Assembly (NCBI RefSeq): GCF_963921235.1 | Contig: NC_086100.1 | Location: 127,102,001-127,166,000, forward strand | DNA length: 64,000 bases | Origin: Mobula hypostoma | Lineage: Eukaryota | Direction of reading: 5' to 3' | Part shown: piece by piece, positions 26,366-39,733 of the stretch | Layout of the letters: each line of letters opens with the position of its first letter | Position numbering within the stretch: position 1 is the first letter of the stretch | Program-made: the position numbers and the translations under genes | Notes under the pieces: generated by a model | What the model was told of the DNA's origin: nothing | The model's database searches: none | What the model saw: the letters and a program-made list of their open reading frames with translations, nothing else

Positions 26366-26558
26366 CAGCCCTGTTTAAGTCAATTAATGTCTGAGTCCTT
26401 GCATCATCATGAAGACTTTTGCCACTATCTTGCTCCAGCTGGATCTGTTTGATTCGCACAAGCTTGGGTATCACATGGTTCTTCCCAATACAAAGGTTGT
26501 ATCTGAGGCTTCCATTGATGGCAATTGGACATCTCTGCTGTGTTATCTGATATCCAAC
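26366..26558 (-). CDS. GATB: GATB exon 4
   Basis: [18 protein letters not shown]...[34 protein letters not shown] acceptor, GTAGG donor; 193 nt. Confidence 0.97.
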
Positions 26559-28145
26559 CTAAATGGATATACATTACTTTGCAAAAAGTCAGATTAAAAT
26601 CAGAGATTAACTGTCATGAATTCTTAATACATTTCTATAGATGTTCTTCCGGGAGTGTTAACAGCCCAATCACCAAACCAATAGCATTTTTCTTAAAAAA
26701 AATGTATATTCATAAATCTCTCAGTAAATTTGCATTACCAAGGCAATAATAGGGCCAATCATTTGCCTTTGCACCCAAGTCCTGATATTATCAAAAAAAT
26801 GAAAGCAAATTAGCTAAGAAAACCAAAATTAATCTAAAATTACTGAAAACAATAGAAATAAAAATATCTATATCAAGTGGAGATGTGAAAGAGTTTGATG
26901 GAGAGTGGGGAACAGAATCTGTACTGCAGAAAAAATATTCTAGTACAGACATCCAGGTTTATTATTTGTCAGCTTCATTTCACAGCCATGGAGAAATGTT
27001 TGATAGTAATGCATAACTGCTGTTGTATGCCCTCTGCTGAATGGATAAAAACATCACATCAAGAGGAGCTTGAGCCCTCTGCTGAATGAGAGGTTTGGGC
27101 AAGGTTTGGTGGCCAAGGTTATTTTAGGAAACTGTGCCCCAGTTTTACGCATCATCTAAACTGACTGAGGAAGGGCATAACAATGAACCATCATAAACTT
27201 TAGAAAATCCACTTCTTCCACAACTCTCTCCCCACAAAGTAACTGTGTAATTTCATGGCAGTGGGGAAGAAAAGGAATTAAAATGAGGTATAAAGAAAAT
27301 TGTTAATTTACTCTTCATCCCACCCAGATTGTCCACACTACTTCACATGAATAAGATTGCAGTTTTAATCTGTGGCCCATATGACATTAATTGATAACTT
27401 TAAAAGCTGGGATAATAGCAGGAAGCCTACAATTGGTCATGCATTTAGGAGATACTGTAAATCAGGCCTGAAACTGTATACTATAATTTTCAGAGGTGAA
27501 AGCAAACTGTTATTGAACAATAAATGGAAGCCTGTCCTGATTGACCCTCTCTGTGGCTGAAGGAAAGGGCATCATTTGTGCTCCAAGACAAAACCATTTT
27601 GACTGGGGGGGGGATTATTAAATTTTATCCATCACAATAAAAATAAAGACTGTCATAAAGTGAAAAAATGTTTGTAATATTATTCCAAAATCAAATTTTA
27701 AAAAATCAAAATTACAATGCAATCACCCCTTTTTGAACTTTAAGATGTTGTATTTAACATTAGAAGGAAAAATATTGATTGCCATTAGTAATGATTTTAG
27801 ATATTTTCAAGCTAATTCCAATATCATTAATTAAAATGCATCTCAGCAATTTTTAGTCTTTTAAACAGTGAAATAACACATTGATCATGCCCCAAATTTC
27901 TGCAAGACAAATCAAAGCATAAATTCAATGTAAATTGTGCTGCAGTCACTCAAATTAACATTTTGAAACAGACTTAAATGTTTTTATGCTAAATTTATAT
28001 TACTCAAGTATGCCTTTGTACTTCAATCAGCTTAGCTTATCAGCAAGTTTTGGTATTCTATTTCATTGATATTATTTATTAAAAACTCAAATCATCTTAA
28101 AAATAATCTAATTCATACAAGTGAACTGAAAAGGCACAAGCTTAC

Positions 28146-28259
28146 TGGCAGGTCAGCATAGAAGTAGTGTTTTCTGTCAAAAGTAGATTTCTTATTAATA
28201 GTACAATTTACAGCTAATGCTGTCTTCACAGCTCCTTCGACACAATGCTTATTTAGAAC
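28146..28259 (-). CDS. GATB: GATB exon 3
   Basis: [38 protein letters not shown] (GatB FDRKxYFYxDLP motif); TAG acceptor, GTAAG donor; 114 nt. Confidence 0.97.
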
Positions 28260-28451
28260 CTAGGATGAAGAAATACAATATGATTAAGAGGTATCTTGTA
28301 GGAATCCTATCCAAATGAGGTTATATGAATTGCAATTATTTTCAACTCAATAGCTTAAAGGTTCAAAGATCCAATTTAATGTCAGAGAAATGTATACAAT
28401 ATACATCCTGAAATGCTTTTTCTTAGTATGAACTTATTTAAAAATACTCAC

Positions 28452-28593
28452 TGGTAAAGTGCCTGGAAGTGAAGCATCTAAAAATGACACCAATGAATTT
28501 GGAGGTGCTGTAAACTGCACCTGTGACCCAGAGAAAAGTTTGGAGTTGGAGCATAGCTGAGCATGGACTTCCAATCCCACAACTGCCTCCCAT
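28452..28593 (-). CDS. GATB: GATB exon 2
   Basis: [22 protein letters not shown]...SLPGTLP, the GatB N-terminal GLEVHAQL motif. Acceptor TTTTTTCCAGCAG (alternative start 28596), donor GTGAGT. Confidence 0.95.
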
Positions 28594-29264
28594 CTGCTGG
28601 AAAAAAGGTAGTTTATAAAGCGCAAGAAATAAACATGAAGAATAATCACAATTATAACCCCTTATACAAACAATTATATCTATTCATCTACTTAATTGAA
28701 ATATTTCAAAATTACAAGTATATGTTCATAACATTTGAATTTATCAGTTTGATGTTTTTATGTTTACCGTGAATATTAGGAACCTAAGTTTTCAGTGTTC
28801 GATTAGTTGAAAATGCTGTTGCTATACCAGCGGAACCTAATTTTGCTTGGGGTAAACTGAATATAGATAGCTGCAATGCAGAAAGAAAGCGGTGTGCTAT
28901 CCTTTTAAGATAAAAGGCTGATTGGAGGATATTATTTTTTTTTAACTAGCTGGTCATTTATTTTGTAATCTGCCTAAGGTTTCCTTTACCCAAGATAATT
29001 TTGTTGAAATTTGTGTGCATCAGCTTATTTAAATAGTCCTGTCACACTACAAAAATTTGAAAACTGCATTTTAGTTGGATTTCTGATGAGGTTGCACTTG
29101 TTAATCGAATAAAGACCTTCACTGCATCCCGCAAGACCAAATAAATCAATTTTATAGAAATACACATAGTTTAATTACACTAGAGATGTGTAATAAAACA
29201 CTTGTTGGCCATACTATCGCTGTCAAGACAAGAAGCTACTGCAGTGAAAGAGCAGATCAAACTG

Positions 29265-29590
29265 AACGGCCACCGGCTCCCGAGCCCGGAAACTGATCTC
29301 AACAACACAGTAGCACGGTGAAGCAATACCCCGCGGTGCGAGCCGCCATCACCTGCCGCCTTGCCGTCCCGCCGTGGACCGAGCGCTTCGCCCGAAGGCC
29401 GTTAAAGGGCACAAGGTCGCGCTGGCGAATGCTCTCACCCTCCGGCAGCTCACACCGAGCGCCATAACATTGCAGCGCCGGATGACGTGAGGAGCGCAAG
29501 GCCTCACGGGAAGTGTAGTCCGAATCGCAGCTCGCCTGTGGACCACGTGACGTGAACTTGCGCTGTGTTTATCCAGGAGTCCGTGCTTTT
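29265..29590 (-). promoter_or_regulatory. CpG-island promoter of GATB with ZNF143/THAP11-like, E-box and CRE-like motifs
   Basis: CpG-dense tract in AT-rich DNA. ACTACACTTCCCGTGAGGCC on minus (29500-29519), CACGTG at 29544-29549, TGACGT at 29483 and 29548. Confidence 0.75.
29353..29465 (-). CDS. GATB: GATB coding exon 1 (putative mitochondrial targeting peptide)
   Basis: ATG at 29465 in a CpG island gives MALGVSCRRVRAFASATLCPLTAFGRSARSTAGRQGG (Arg-rich, no acidic residues). Donor CAG|GTGATG is phase 2 and matches exon 2. Called by composition and phase, not homology. Confidence 0.7.
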
Positions 29591-31026
29591 TAAAGAAAAA
29601 AACAGATGAAAGTGTCAAAAATACAAGGCGACAGAGTGAGTGGGAGCGCAGTGTAATATGACAATTTTTGATTTTTAAAAATCTTGACAGGAGATGGATA
29701 GGCCATGCGGCTTCTGGGATCAGCTTCTCCATCCAATATTATTTCTGCGGCCTTTCTTCGTCACGTTCTTCTCACACTTATCGGAATTAAATTACAAAAT
29801 GGCATTGCGCTGGCTATTTTACCAATCATGCAGTAACTTATGACCTTCCCCTCAGTATCAACAACATGGTAGTGTAGCGGTTAGCGTAACACTATTATAG
29901 CTCGGAATTTGGAATTTAATTCCAGCTTCGTTACCTCCCACAGTCCAAAGACTTGCCCTGGACGAACCCTTGAAATGAGTTTCAGGTACGCTCATGGTAC
30001 AATAGCATGATCAGTAAGTTGTAGATATAGAAATCCAAAAATAATTGCCAATGCTCTTTCGATTAGAGAATGAATTTTTAGCAAATCTTTCTTGGCTTGG
30101 CTTACCTTCCTTGAATAGATCTCTTTCTTTTTAATACATTTTAAAAACTCATAAGGCAAACATAATAAACATCTGTTAATTAACTGGCTTAAGCCAAAAT
30201 AGGATTTATTTCTTCTAAAGGTAGACTCGGTAGATTTAATTTAAATAAAGGTTGTTAATTGATTATAATTAATGCTATTCAGAACATGAAAGCCATAAGC
30301 CAAAGCAATATGAATAAAAATACAGCCTAAGACACAATTTTATACAAGATTTTGAAAAAAAAATCAGCTGGATGTAAGGGGAAATTGGGAAAGGTAATTC
30401 GGGAGAGAGAGGCTGACATCACAGCCGAAGTTGGGTGAGACCATTGCTCGGAAAGCACACTTCATGCTTCTCATCAGCCTACCATCCTCCCCTCTGTGCA
30501 ATACAATGCTCACCAATTATCAGCCTACTGCCCTCCCCTCCTTGAAATACAGCACTCACCAATTATCAACGGCCTCCACTATCTCGCATCAAAAACTGTG
30601 AATGGACTCAGTCAAATGAACATGGTGGTGCTGCACGCTGACAGACCTCTAACGGAGCTGCTCAGTCATTGTGTGTTGCACAAAGTTCAAAAAACAATGT
30701 CTATTTTCTTCAGTCATGATCTCTTGCGGAACTCCCAGGGTTCAGCGGAACCCCGGTCGAGGAACTCTGAGTTAGAGTTAATTGGGAATGTGGGGTTGCT
30801 GGAAGGGCCAGAAGGAGGGCCTACTCTGCGCTGTATCACTAAATTTAAAAAAATTGCCAATTTTCCTGTCACCTGCTTTACTTACGCACAATGCCTCCTC
30901 TATTCAACTTCATTGTCATTCAACCAAGCACACATATGCAGCTAAGTGAAACAATATTATTCGGGCGAAGGTGCGCATAGTATTAACACAATAATATTTA
31001 TAGATTTTTAAGAAGTATTCTGTCGA

Positions 31027-31880
31027 TACACAAATTGACTGGAGGAACTCAGCAAGTCAGGCTGCATCTATGGAGGGAAAGGACCTTTTGGATTTAGATT
31101 CTTCATGTGGACTGAAAGATAGAGGGGAGGCAGCTGGTATAAAAGGGTAGACCAAGAACTATAAAGCAATAGGTGGATTCAGTTGAGGTGGGGTGGGGGA
31201 TGGGGTTATAGATTAGAGGATGAGAGAGAGGAAATAGCGACAAGCCAGGAGGTGATAAGTGATAAGCTGAGTGATATTGGGCGGGGTGATTATAGGAAGA
31301 ACTAGGTAGGCCAGGAGGGTGGCAGTTCACTGGAAGCTGACAATTCAGTGTTGGTGCCATCAGGTTTAGATGAGCCAGGTGGAACACGAGGTGCTGCACC
31401 TCTAGTTTGCATTTAGCCTCACCCTTGCTGAGGATAGAGGTGTTGTTGTGGGAATAGGGAGGAGTATTTAAATGGCCTGTAACTGGGCAGAGCACTCACC
31501 CGGTTTTCATCTAGTCTCACTGATGTAGAGGAGGCCACATTGGGAGCTTCAAATGCAATGAGTTAGGGTGGAAATTTGCATGTGAATGTTTCTCTCATCT
31601 GGAAGGGTTGTTTAGGGCTCAGGGAGGAGGTATAGGGACTAGTGTTATACCCCCTATAATTTCAGGGGAGAGTGCCCTGGGTGGGGAGAGAAGAGTTTCC
31701 CAGCCCATGCTCCACCCTTTCTCTCCACCTTCTTATGCTGGCTATCTTCTAACTTTCAGTCCAGATGAAGGATATCGACCTGAAATATCAACTGTCTATT
31801 TCCTTCTGTAGACGCTGTCTGGTCTGCTGACTTCCTCCAGTATCTTGTGTGTTGTTCCAGATTCCAGCATTTGCAGTAGG
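31027..31880 (-). mobile_element. Degraded Penelope-like element with partial inverted pLTR
   Basis: EAKCKLEVQHLVFHLAHL; pLTR-like ends at about 31030-31085 and 31750-31880. Confidence 0.65.
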
Positions 31881-32059
31881 TATATTGACTCTTTGTTGTT
31901 TCTGTCAAAATGTATAACTTCATACATCCCAGCGTTAAATTCCATCTGCCCAATCTGCCAGCCAGTCAATTCTCTGTTCCTATCCTCTCACTGCTTATTA
32001 CATGTCCAAATTTCATGTTGGCTATCAACTTTACTCTGTACAACTACATCCAGAAAGGC

Positions 32060-32385
32060 TATAGTCTTGTCATTGACCCCCTTGCGAACATCACTGTTTA
32101 CCCTGTTGTATGGTATAAGTGAGCCATTCATCGTGACTTTCTAGTTTTTGCTCAAGCCAAATTTTATCCATACTGAGACTGATCCCTTGATTCCATGAGT
32201 CCCCAGTTGTGCTAACCAGCCCAAAATGTGGGACTTAGTCAAACAACTTCTGAAAATCCATATAAACAGCATCCAATGCATTCCTTTATTAACCTCCAAA
32301 AATTTGATCAGGTTCCTTGAGGACAGTTTGCCTTTAATAAATTCATGCTGGGTATCCTTAATTAACTCAAAAACTTCATAAATGA
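32060..32385 (-). mobile_element. CR1 RT fragment
   Basis: QHEFIKGKLSSRNLIKFLE...GIKGSVSVWI. Confidence 0.65.
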
Positions 32386-33789
32386 GGAGGAAGTATAAAA
32401 ACATGATTAAATATACTGTATGGAAGTCCTTTCAGTAGTTATTATGTAGGACTAACTCTGGCATTGCTGAAGAGTGTTGCAATATTAATTGTTTCTGAGT
32501 CTTTTGAACATATCTGTTTTTATTTCAGATTTCCAGCACCTATAGATAGATTATTTTCAGCTGGCTTTTTGACTGTGGTGCACATATCAGCCAAACTCAG
32601 ATTTGTTCTTATCTGACACGTGTGCACAGGATAGCCACCAGGAAAGAAATTTCGGCTGGTTCTTTTTCAAACCCTTCCACATTCCAGAATCTGAGTGTAC
32701 CAATATGGCTTGAGTAAAATCAGTTAATTCACTGCAAATCAGAGAACGACACCCGGACCTTTCCTGATCCATAATCCAGGCACACCATTACCAATGCACT
32801 TACAAGAACAGCACTCAAAGGAATTTCCCACTCCCCCAAAACATGATTTTGTCATATGCTGTCCATTGATTAAGAATGAGCAACTATTATTCTACAGATA
32901 TCCAGCAAGGTATTGAGGAGGGTTCTGGATGTTTGCTGGGTAGTGAGTGATGACTCTATTACTATTAACATGGGAAATGCATGTGTGAACTTCAAAGCAC
33001 AGAATCATAGAAACCCACATTGAAGATAACCTGCTTTAACAAACTCTATTCCTCCTTGTTATTCCAAAGCATTAAAATTGTAATAAAGGCTGAGATATTT
33101 TCTTGACACAAGTTTCAAAGTCAGCCAAGTTTATCATCATCTGCACAAGTACACATATTCACAGGAGCAATGAAAAACTTTCTTGCAACAAGAAAATAAA
33201 TACATAGCATCATATAAGCAGTTGGTTTTCTCATGGACTAGTTGAGTGGAATTCTCTACCTTCTGTGATTTTATACTTGGTATATTCTCAATATTGGCTT
33301 GGTAGCAATCTAGAAACAGCATAATCATTGTATAAGCTGAGGTGCTGTTTTACCTGCTGGTAGAGTACATGCTTAGTTTCTCTCCATTCTCTTCCTGGAA
33401 GAAGTATTTAGCTGCAGTGTAATGTTTGAACACTGACAGGTTATATGCATTATTTAAGTCCTGCCGAAGGGTCTCAGCCTGAAACATCGACAGTTCTCTT
33501 TTCAATAGATGCTGCCTGGCCAGCCGAGTTCCTCCAGCATTTTGTGTGTGTTGCTTGCATTATTAAGAGTGTTTTTTGTCCAAAACCACTTTAGGGTAGT
33601 GAAGCATTGATTAAAATCACTGATTAAAGTCGCAGTTATATTGAAGCTAATCTGGCCCTGAAAGTTGTGTAAAGTTGATTCATTCTGTCAGTAAATTGAA
33701 ACTAGTGTTTTGGACACTAGATGGTACTGTAACTCCTACTTTGCAAGGAATGAATACAAGTCAGAATTCAGAATCAGATTTAATATCAT

Positions 33790-35205
33790 TGAATTGAATT
33801 GAATTGACTTTATTACTTACATCCTTCATATACATGAGGAGTAAAAATCTTTATGTTACATCTCCGTCTAAATGTGCAATGCACAATTTATAGTAATTTA
33901 TAATAAACTGTATGTACAACAGGATAGTCAATATAACATAGAAATACAGTTGTGTCAGCATAAGTTAAGCAGTCTGATGGCCTGGTGGAAGAAGCTGTCC
34001 TGGAGCCTGTTGGTCCTGGCCTTTATGCTGCGATACTGTTTCCCGGATGGACGCAGCTGGAACAGTTTGTGGTTGGGGTGACTCGAGTCTCCAGTGATCC
34101 TTCGGGCCTTTTTTACACATCTGTCCTTGTAAATGTCCTGAATAGTGGGAAGTTCAAATCTACAGATGCGCTGGACTGTCCACTCCACTTTCAGCAGAGT
34201 CCTGCGATAGAGGGAAGTACAGTTCCCATACCAGGCAGTGATACAGCCAGTCAGGATGCTCTCAATTGTGCCCCTATAGAAAGTTCTTAGGATTTGGGGA
34301 CCGACACCAAACTTCTTCAACTGTCTGAGGTGAAAGAGGCGTTGTTGTGCCTTTTTCACCACATAGCCCTTATGTACAGACCATATGAGATCCTCGGTGA
34401 TGTTTATGCTGAGGCACTTAAAGCTGTTCATCCTCTCAACCCCAGATCCATTGATGTCAATAGGAACTAGTCTGTATCCATTCCTCCTGTAATCCACAAC
34501 CAGCTCCTTTGTTTTTGCAACATTGACGGAGAAGTTGTTTTCTTGACACCACTGTGTCAGGGTGATGACTTCTTCTCTGTAGGCTGCCTCATTATTATTC
34601 GAGATTAGGCCAATCAGTATAGTGTCATCAGCAAATTTAATTAGCAGATTGGAGCTGAGGGTGGCGACACAGTCATGGGTATACTGAGAGTAAAGGAGGG
34701 GGCTTAGTACACAGCCCTAAGGGGCACCTGTATTGAGGGTCAGAGGGCAGAGGTGAGGGAGCCCACTCTTACCACCTGCTGGCGATCTGACAGGAAGTCC
34801 AATATTCCAGCAACACAAGGCATGGTGAAGGCTGAGTTTCTTGTCGAGCCTGGAGGGAATTACGGTGTTGAATGCTGAACTGTAGTCTAAGAACAGCCTC
34901 CTTTTTCTCCAGATGTGTAAGGACAATATGTAGAGCAGTGGCTAATGCGTCATCTGTCGATCGGTTGTATTGGTAGGGGATCCAGTTTGGGTGGTAGCAA
35001 GCTGCAGATGTAGTCCTTGACCAGCCTCTCAAAGCATTTGCTTATTATTGAGGTGAGTGCCAGTCGTTCAGACATGTTACCTTGGTCTTTTTAGATACAG
35101 GAACAATGGTGGATGTTTTGAAGGAGGAGGGCACTCTACACTGGGAGAGGGAGAGATTAAAAATGTCTGTAAGCACACCTGCTGATTGTGCCGCACATAT
35201 ATTGT
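33790..35205 (-). mobile_element. Rex/Babar-like LINE 3' portion
   Basis: FLDYSSAFNTVIP, KKAQQRLFHLRQL, FYRGTIESILTGCITAWYG, RTNRLQDSFF; (GAATT)n tail. Confidence 0.88.
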
Positions 35206-35680
35206 GAGATTTGTTAACTTTACAGCAGCAGTACAGTGAAATACATGATAAATAAATATAGAGAAAAACTGAGTTAGGTTAAGTGTGTGTGTATATATAT
35301 ATCTCAGTTAAACAGTTAAGTTAAATAAAGTAGTGCTACAAACAGAAATAAAAAAAAGCAAGGTGGCATTCATGGGTTCAATATGTATTTTAGAAATCGG
35401 ATGGCAGAGGGGAAGAAACTATTCCTGAATTATTAAGTGTGTGTCTTCAGGCGTCTGTACCTCCTTCCTGATGGTATGTCCTGGGTGGTGAGGATCCTTA
35501 ATGATGGACGTCGCCTTCCTAAGGCACCGCTCCATCAAGATATCAAGGATATCAAAGGAAGCTACTTTTCATATTTTTCTACCAGTTTCCACCCTGCTGT
35601 TGCTTTCACGTGATACATCTCTGAGTTTTCTCTTTCTTTTTCATACTTTCTATCTCCTTCTCAAATTAGTGTCCAATATA

Positions 35681-36510
35681 TGTTATGAAACCCCTGTTTA
35701 CTGGGCGTCTCTGGTAATATGGCTGATTAGCCCCTCACTAACAGCCTCTGGACTCTGCGGCTTCTCAGGCTTCTTATGTCTAGGGCGTATATGACTTTGT
35801 CCCGCCAAACCCGTGAGGTTGGGATGTCTCACCCACCCAAACCCTGGTTTGTGTGAATGCTGTGTGATTTACTGCCCCCTGCTATTGCCCATCAGCAAGA
35901 AATAACAGATCGTGCACGGCCTACGATTATTAAAAAAAGTATATTCATAAATGTTAGCTTAAACAAATAGTTATTAAAGAAAAGAAAGAAAAATAAACAG
36001 AAGGGCCCATCATAACTAAGCAGTCAAATGTGCACATAAGTTGGAGCTCCTCTTGCATTTGCCTTTAACTCACTCACTGAACCCTTGGTCTGCGTGAAAG
36101 CACACACCATCTTCTGAATGTCAATCAAAGTCCATCTCAAACAAACAGGCTCTCCTACAGGTGTATTGGTCCTCCCTCCTTGAAGCCATTCATCTGCACA
36201 AGGCACCTTGTGCAACAGGGACAGCATCCTCAGTCATCTTCTCTCCTGTCTTCTCCCAGCTCCTGCCAAAAAGACCTCGACCCACACCAGTATCCCTCAC
36301 AAAAACCTACTTGCCCAGCTTTCTCTAGAACCTTCTCCCAATTCCACCATCGTGATTGGGTGACATCACATTCCTCAGTTGAACACCCCACCCAAGTCCC
36401 TTATCTCAGCTCAAACCCAAACAGGCTGAAAGCAGCACAGACTGCTCTTACAGAACTGCCAAAATGAAATACCCACAGCATAGCAGTAAAAATCTTAACC
36501 AAGGCATTAC
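35681..36510. mobile_element. Probable solo LTR
   Basis: TGTTATG...CATTACA termini, non-coding; no TSD found. Confidence 0.45.
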
Positions 36511-37559
36511 AGTTATGATGTACAGTTACACTGGTACATCAAAGACACCTCCTCCCATCCCATCCTGCTTCCAAGGACTGAAGTCCATTCTCCCAGCTTT
36601 TCCCTTTCTTCCAAATCAGTTCTGATACACCTGCAACTCTGTCATGTATTCCTGTCTTTCTAACTGGTTTTACCTCTACCATAGTTAACATGTCTTTCAA
36701 CGTGTATTTTCTGTTCTTAACCTGATGAACGATGGGGTACTCACCTTCCATCCATCAGATACTGCTGCAGGCATATTACCCTCTTGCCTCTCCTGTCAGT
36801 GTTCTCAAGGGAATGTTCTGCTTGTGAATTCCCAGTTGCTCTTCTCTCGCCACTTATTTCTTTTGCATGATGTTCAAAAGTTCAAAGTAAATTTATTATC
36901 GAAGTACTTATGTTACCATATTCATGTTCTTGCATAGATCTACAGGAAAAATCAATACAATAGAATTTACAGGAAAAATCTGTACATAAAGACTGCCAGA
37001 CAACCAATGTACAAAAGAAGAAAAATTGTACATATAAAATATTAATACTGAGAACATGAATTGTAAAGAGTCCTTGAAAGTGATTCTATAGGACACAGAA
37101 TCAGTTCAGAGTTATGCTGTGTGAAGTTATCTGCGCCTGTTCAAAAGCCTGATGGTTGTAGGGTAATAAATGTTCCCAATCCTGGTGGTGTGGGGCCTGC
37201 CCAGTTGTGGTGGTAAGAAGAGAGCATGACCTAGATCGAGGGACTCTTTGATGATTGGTGCTACTTTCTTGTAGAAAAACCATGCTTTTTCCCTTTTTCC
37301 AATTCAGCTGAAAGGTCATCAACTTACGATGTTGACTCTTAAAAATATATTAAAAATAGTTAAATTTTAATTAAGTATTTTGCTAATTATTTTAAATAAT
37401 TAATAAAATATTTTAAATATAGCGTATTTCAGATGATTGGAACACATCAGGACCAGTACATTTTGGCTCAATTAAGCGGCTGTCTCAATTAGCTGAAGTT
37501 TCATGGAATAGTTAAAAAGTATAAAAATGACAAGCTATAGTTTAACTAACTAACAATTT

Positions 37560-38040
37560 ATCAAAGTTCAAAGTAAAACTTCTTATCAGAGTACATACTT
37601 GTCACCATATACAACCCTGAGATTATTTTTTTCCTTTTTTCTGCAGGGGTTACTTAGCAAACCTATAGAACAGTAACTGTAAACAGGATCAATGGACAGC
37701 AAACTATACAAATGCAGATATAAATATATAGCAATAAATAAAGTACAAAATAACAAGATAAAAGAGTCCTTAAATGTGAGTAGCTATCCCCTTTTGTTCA
37801 AGAGCCTGATGGTTGAGTGGTAGTAACTGTTCTTGAACCTGGTGCTGCGAGTCCTGAAACACCTGTACCTTCTACCTGATGGCAGCAGCGAGAAAAGAGC
37901 ATGGCCTGGGTGGTGAGGATGTTTGATAATGGATGCTGCTTTTCTACAACAATGTTTCATGTAGATGTGCTCAACGGTTGGAAGGGTTTTACCCGAGATG
38001 TACTGGGCTGAATCCACTATCTTTTGTAGTATTTTCTGCT
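37560..38040 (-). mobile_element. Rex/Babar-like LINE 3' fragment
   Basis: KAASIIKHPHHPGHALFSLLPSGRRYR...RFKNSYY. Confidence 0.8.
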
Positions 38041-38121
38041 TAAGTGAAATACAGAACAAATTAGAACACTACTAATGCCTCTACAGTACTGTAAAATGGT
38101 GTATTAGTTCCTAATAGTTAT

Positions 38122-39070
38122 CATAAGACCAAAAGATATAGGAGCAGAATTAGGCTATTTGGTCCATCGAGTCTGCTCTGCCATTTCACCATGGCTGATC
38201 CATTTCCCTCTCAGCCCCAATCTCCTAGCTTCTCGCCATAACCCTTCATGCCCTGACTATCAAGAACCTATCAACCACTGCCTTAAATATACCCAACAAC
38301 CTGGCCTCCACAGCTGCCTGTGGCAACGAATTCCAATTCCACATGCTCTGCCCAAAGAAATTCCTCCTAATCTCTATTCTAAATGGATGTTCCTGTATTC
38401 TGACGGTGTGCCCTTCAGTCCTAGGCTCCCCACCATAGGAAACATCCTCTTCACATCCATTCTATCAAGGTCTTTCAACATTCAATAGGTTTCAATGAGA
38501 TCTCCTCTCAGTCTTCTGAATTCCAGTGAGTACAGGCCCAGCCATCAATCCGTCCTCATATGGTAACCCTTTTATTCCCGGAATCATTCTCGTAAATCTC
38601 CTCTGAACCCTCTCCAATGTCAGCATATCCATTCTTAGATATGGGGCCCAAAACTGCTCACAATATTCAAAGTGAGGCCTTACCCTTATAAAGCCTCAAC
38701 ATTACATATATTCTGGTCCTCTTGAAATGAATGCTAACATTGAATTTGCCTTTCTCACCACCTGCAAATTAACCTTTAGTGAATCCTGCACAAGGACTCT
38801 CAAGTCCCTTTTCACCTTAGATTTTTGAATTTTCTTGCCATTTATAAAACAGTCTTCACTTTTATTTCTTCTACCAAAGTGCATGACCATACACTTCCCA
38901 ACACTGTATTCTATCTGCAACTTCTTTGCCCATTTTCCTAATCTGTCTCAGTCCTACTGTAGTCTTGACACCATCTGCCTCTCTACCTATCTTTGTATCG
39001 TCTGCAAACTTGGCCACAAAAGCCACCAATTCCATCATCAAAATCATTGACATATAACATAAAAGGAAGG
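38122..39070 (-). mobile_element. CR1 LINE 3' fragment
   Basis: VAKFADDTKIG, KCMVMHFGRRN. Confidence 0.85.
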
Positions 39071-39122
39071 GATTTGTCAGATGGATTCAGCCAGTGTATG
39101 CTGCATGTTCTTATGACCTACT

Positions 39123-39733
39123 TGTTACGTAACCGGCAACAATGAATTTCATTGAGTCAGGTTATAAAAAAACAACCAAACATTTATTAAACACGGATAA
39201 ACAATAAAAAACAAAAGAAAACCTTAACCGGAAGTTAACCGCTATGCAGCCGTTCAACAAATCGTCATTGATTCTTAAAGCGACAAATGCGAAAACAGTT
39301 CTTAAAGCGGTAAAGTCAAACACAGTTCTTAAAATGGTAAATTCAAAAGTCCAACAGATTTATACGTTCAATTGGGAGAGACTTCGCTGGAGAAGGATTT
39401 CTTCATAGACGCGACTTTCCTGTTGGTTCTGTCCAAAGGATTCACGATGAAGGAAATAAACAGTTAAAACAACTGACCTTAATTTCTAGAGAGCACCTTG
39501 CATGAACTACCTTGTTCTTTCGGCAGGAGTTATCTTCGATGCAGGTTGCTACTTCTTCAACGAAGACTCAATAAGGTTGATCCTTTATTAAACTGCCGAA
39601 CATTCCCTTTTAAACCCGTGGTGAACATGTCATCACGTGGCCTCACATCGGTGGGAAAATTACATCAGGTGACCTCCGGACCATTACATCATTCTCACAA
39701 GGAAGTCACAAGATCTCTTTGAGGTATGTAACA
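39123..39733 (-). mobile_element. Solo LTR of the Gmr1-like family, internally deleted
   Basis: TGTTACGTAACC...ATGTAACA, similar to 40811-41681; 4-bp TSD TACT on both sides. Confidence 0.9.

Noticed and set aside
29299..29349. ATGGCGGCT at 29349 as the GATB start codon
   Set aside because: It reaches a stop after 16 codons (MAARTAGYCFTVLLCC*) with no convincing donor; it overlaps the predicted intron 1 donor instead.
29466..29732. In-frame upstream extension of GATB exon 1 (127-aa ORF)
   Set aside because: It runs through promoter motifs and is probably upstream of the TSS; nothing GatB-like in it.
29864..29960. tRNA gene
   Set aside because: Only an A-box-like head with no cloverleaf; consistent with a degraded SINE fragment.
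33458..33556. Additional active hammerhead ribozymes (also about 9195, 11914, 31760, 50515)
   Set aside because: Penelope pLTR remnants with mutated cores (e.g. CTGCCGA, CTGGCGA, CAGATGA), probably inactive.
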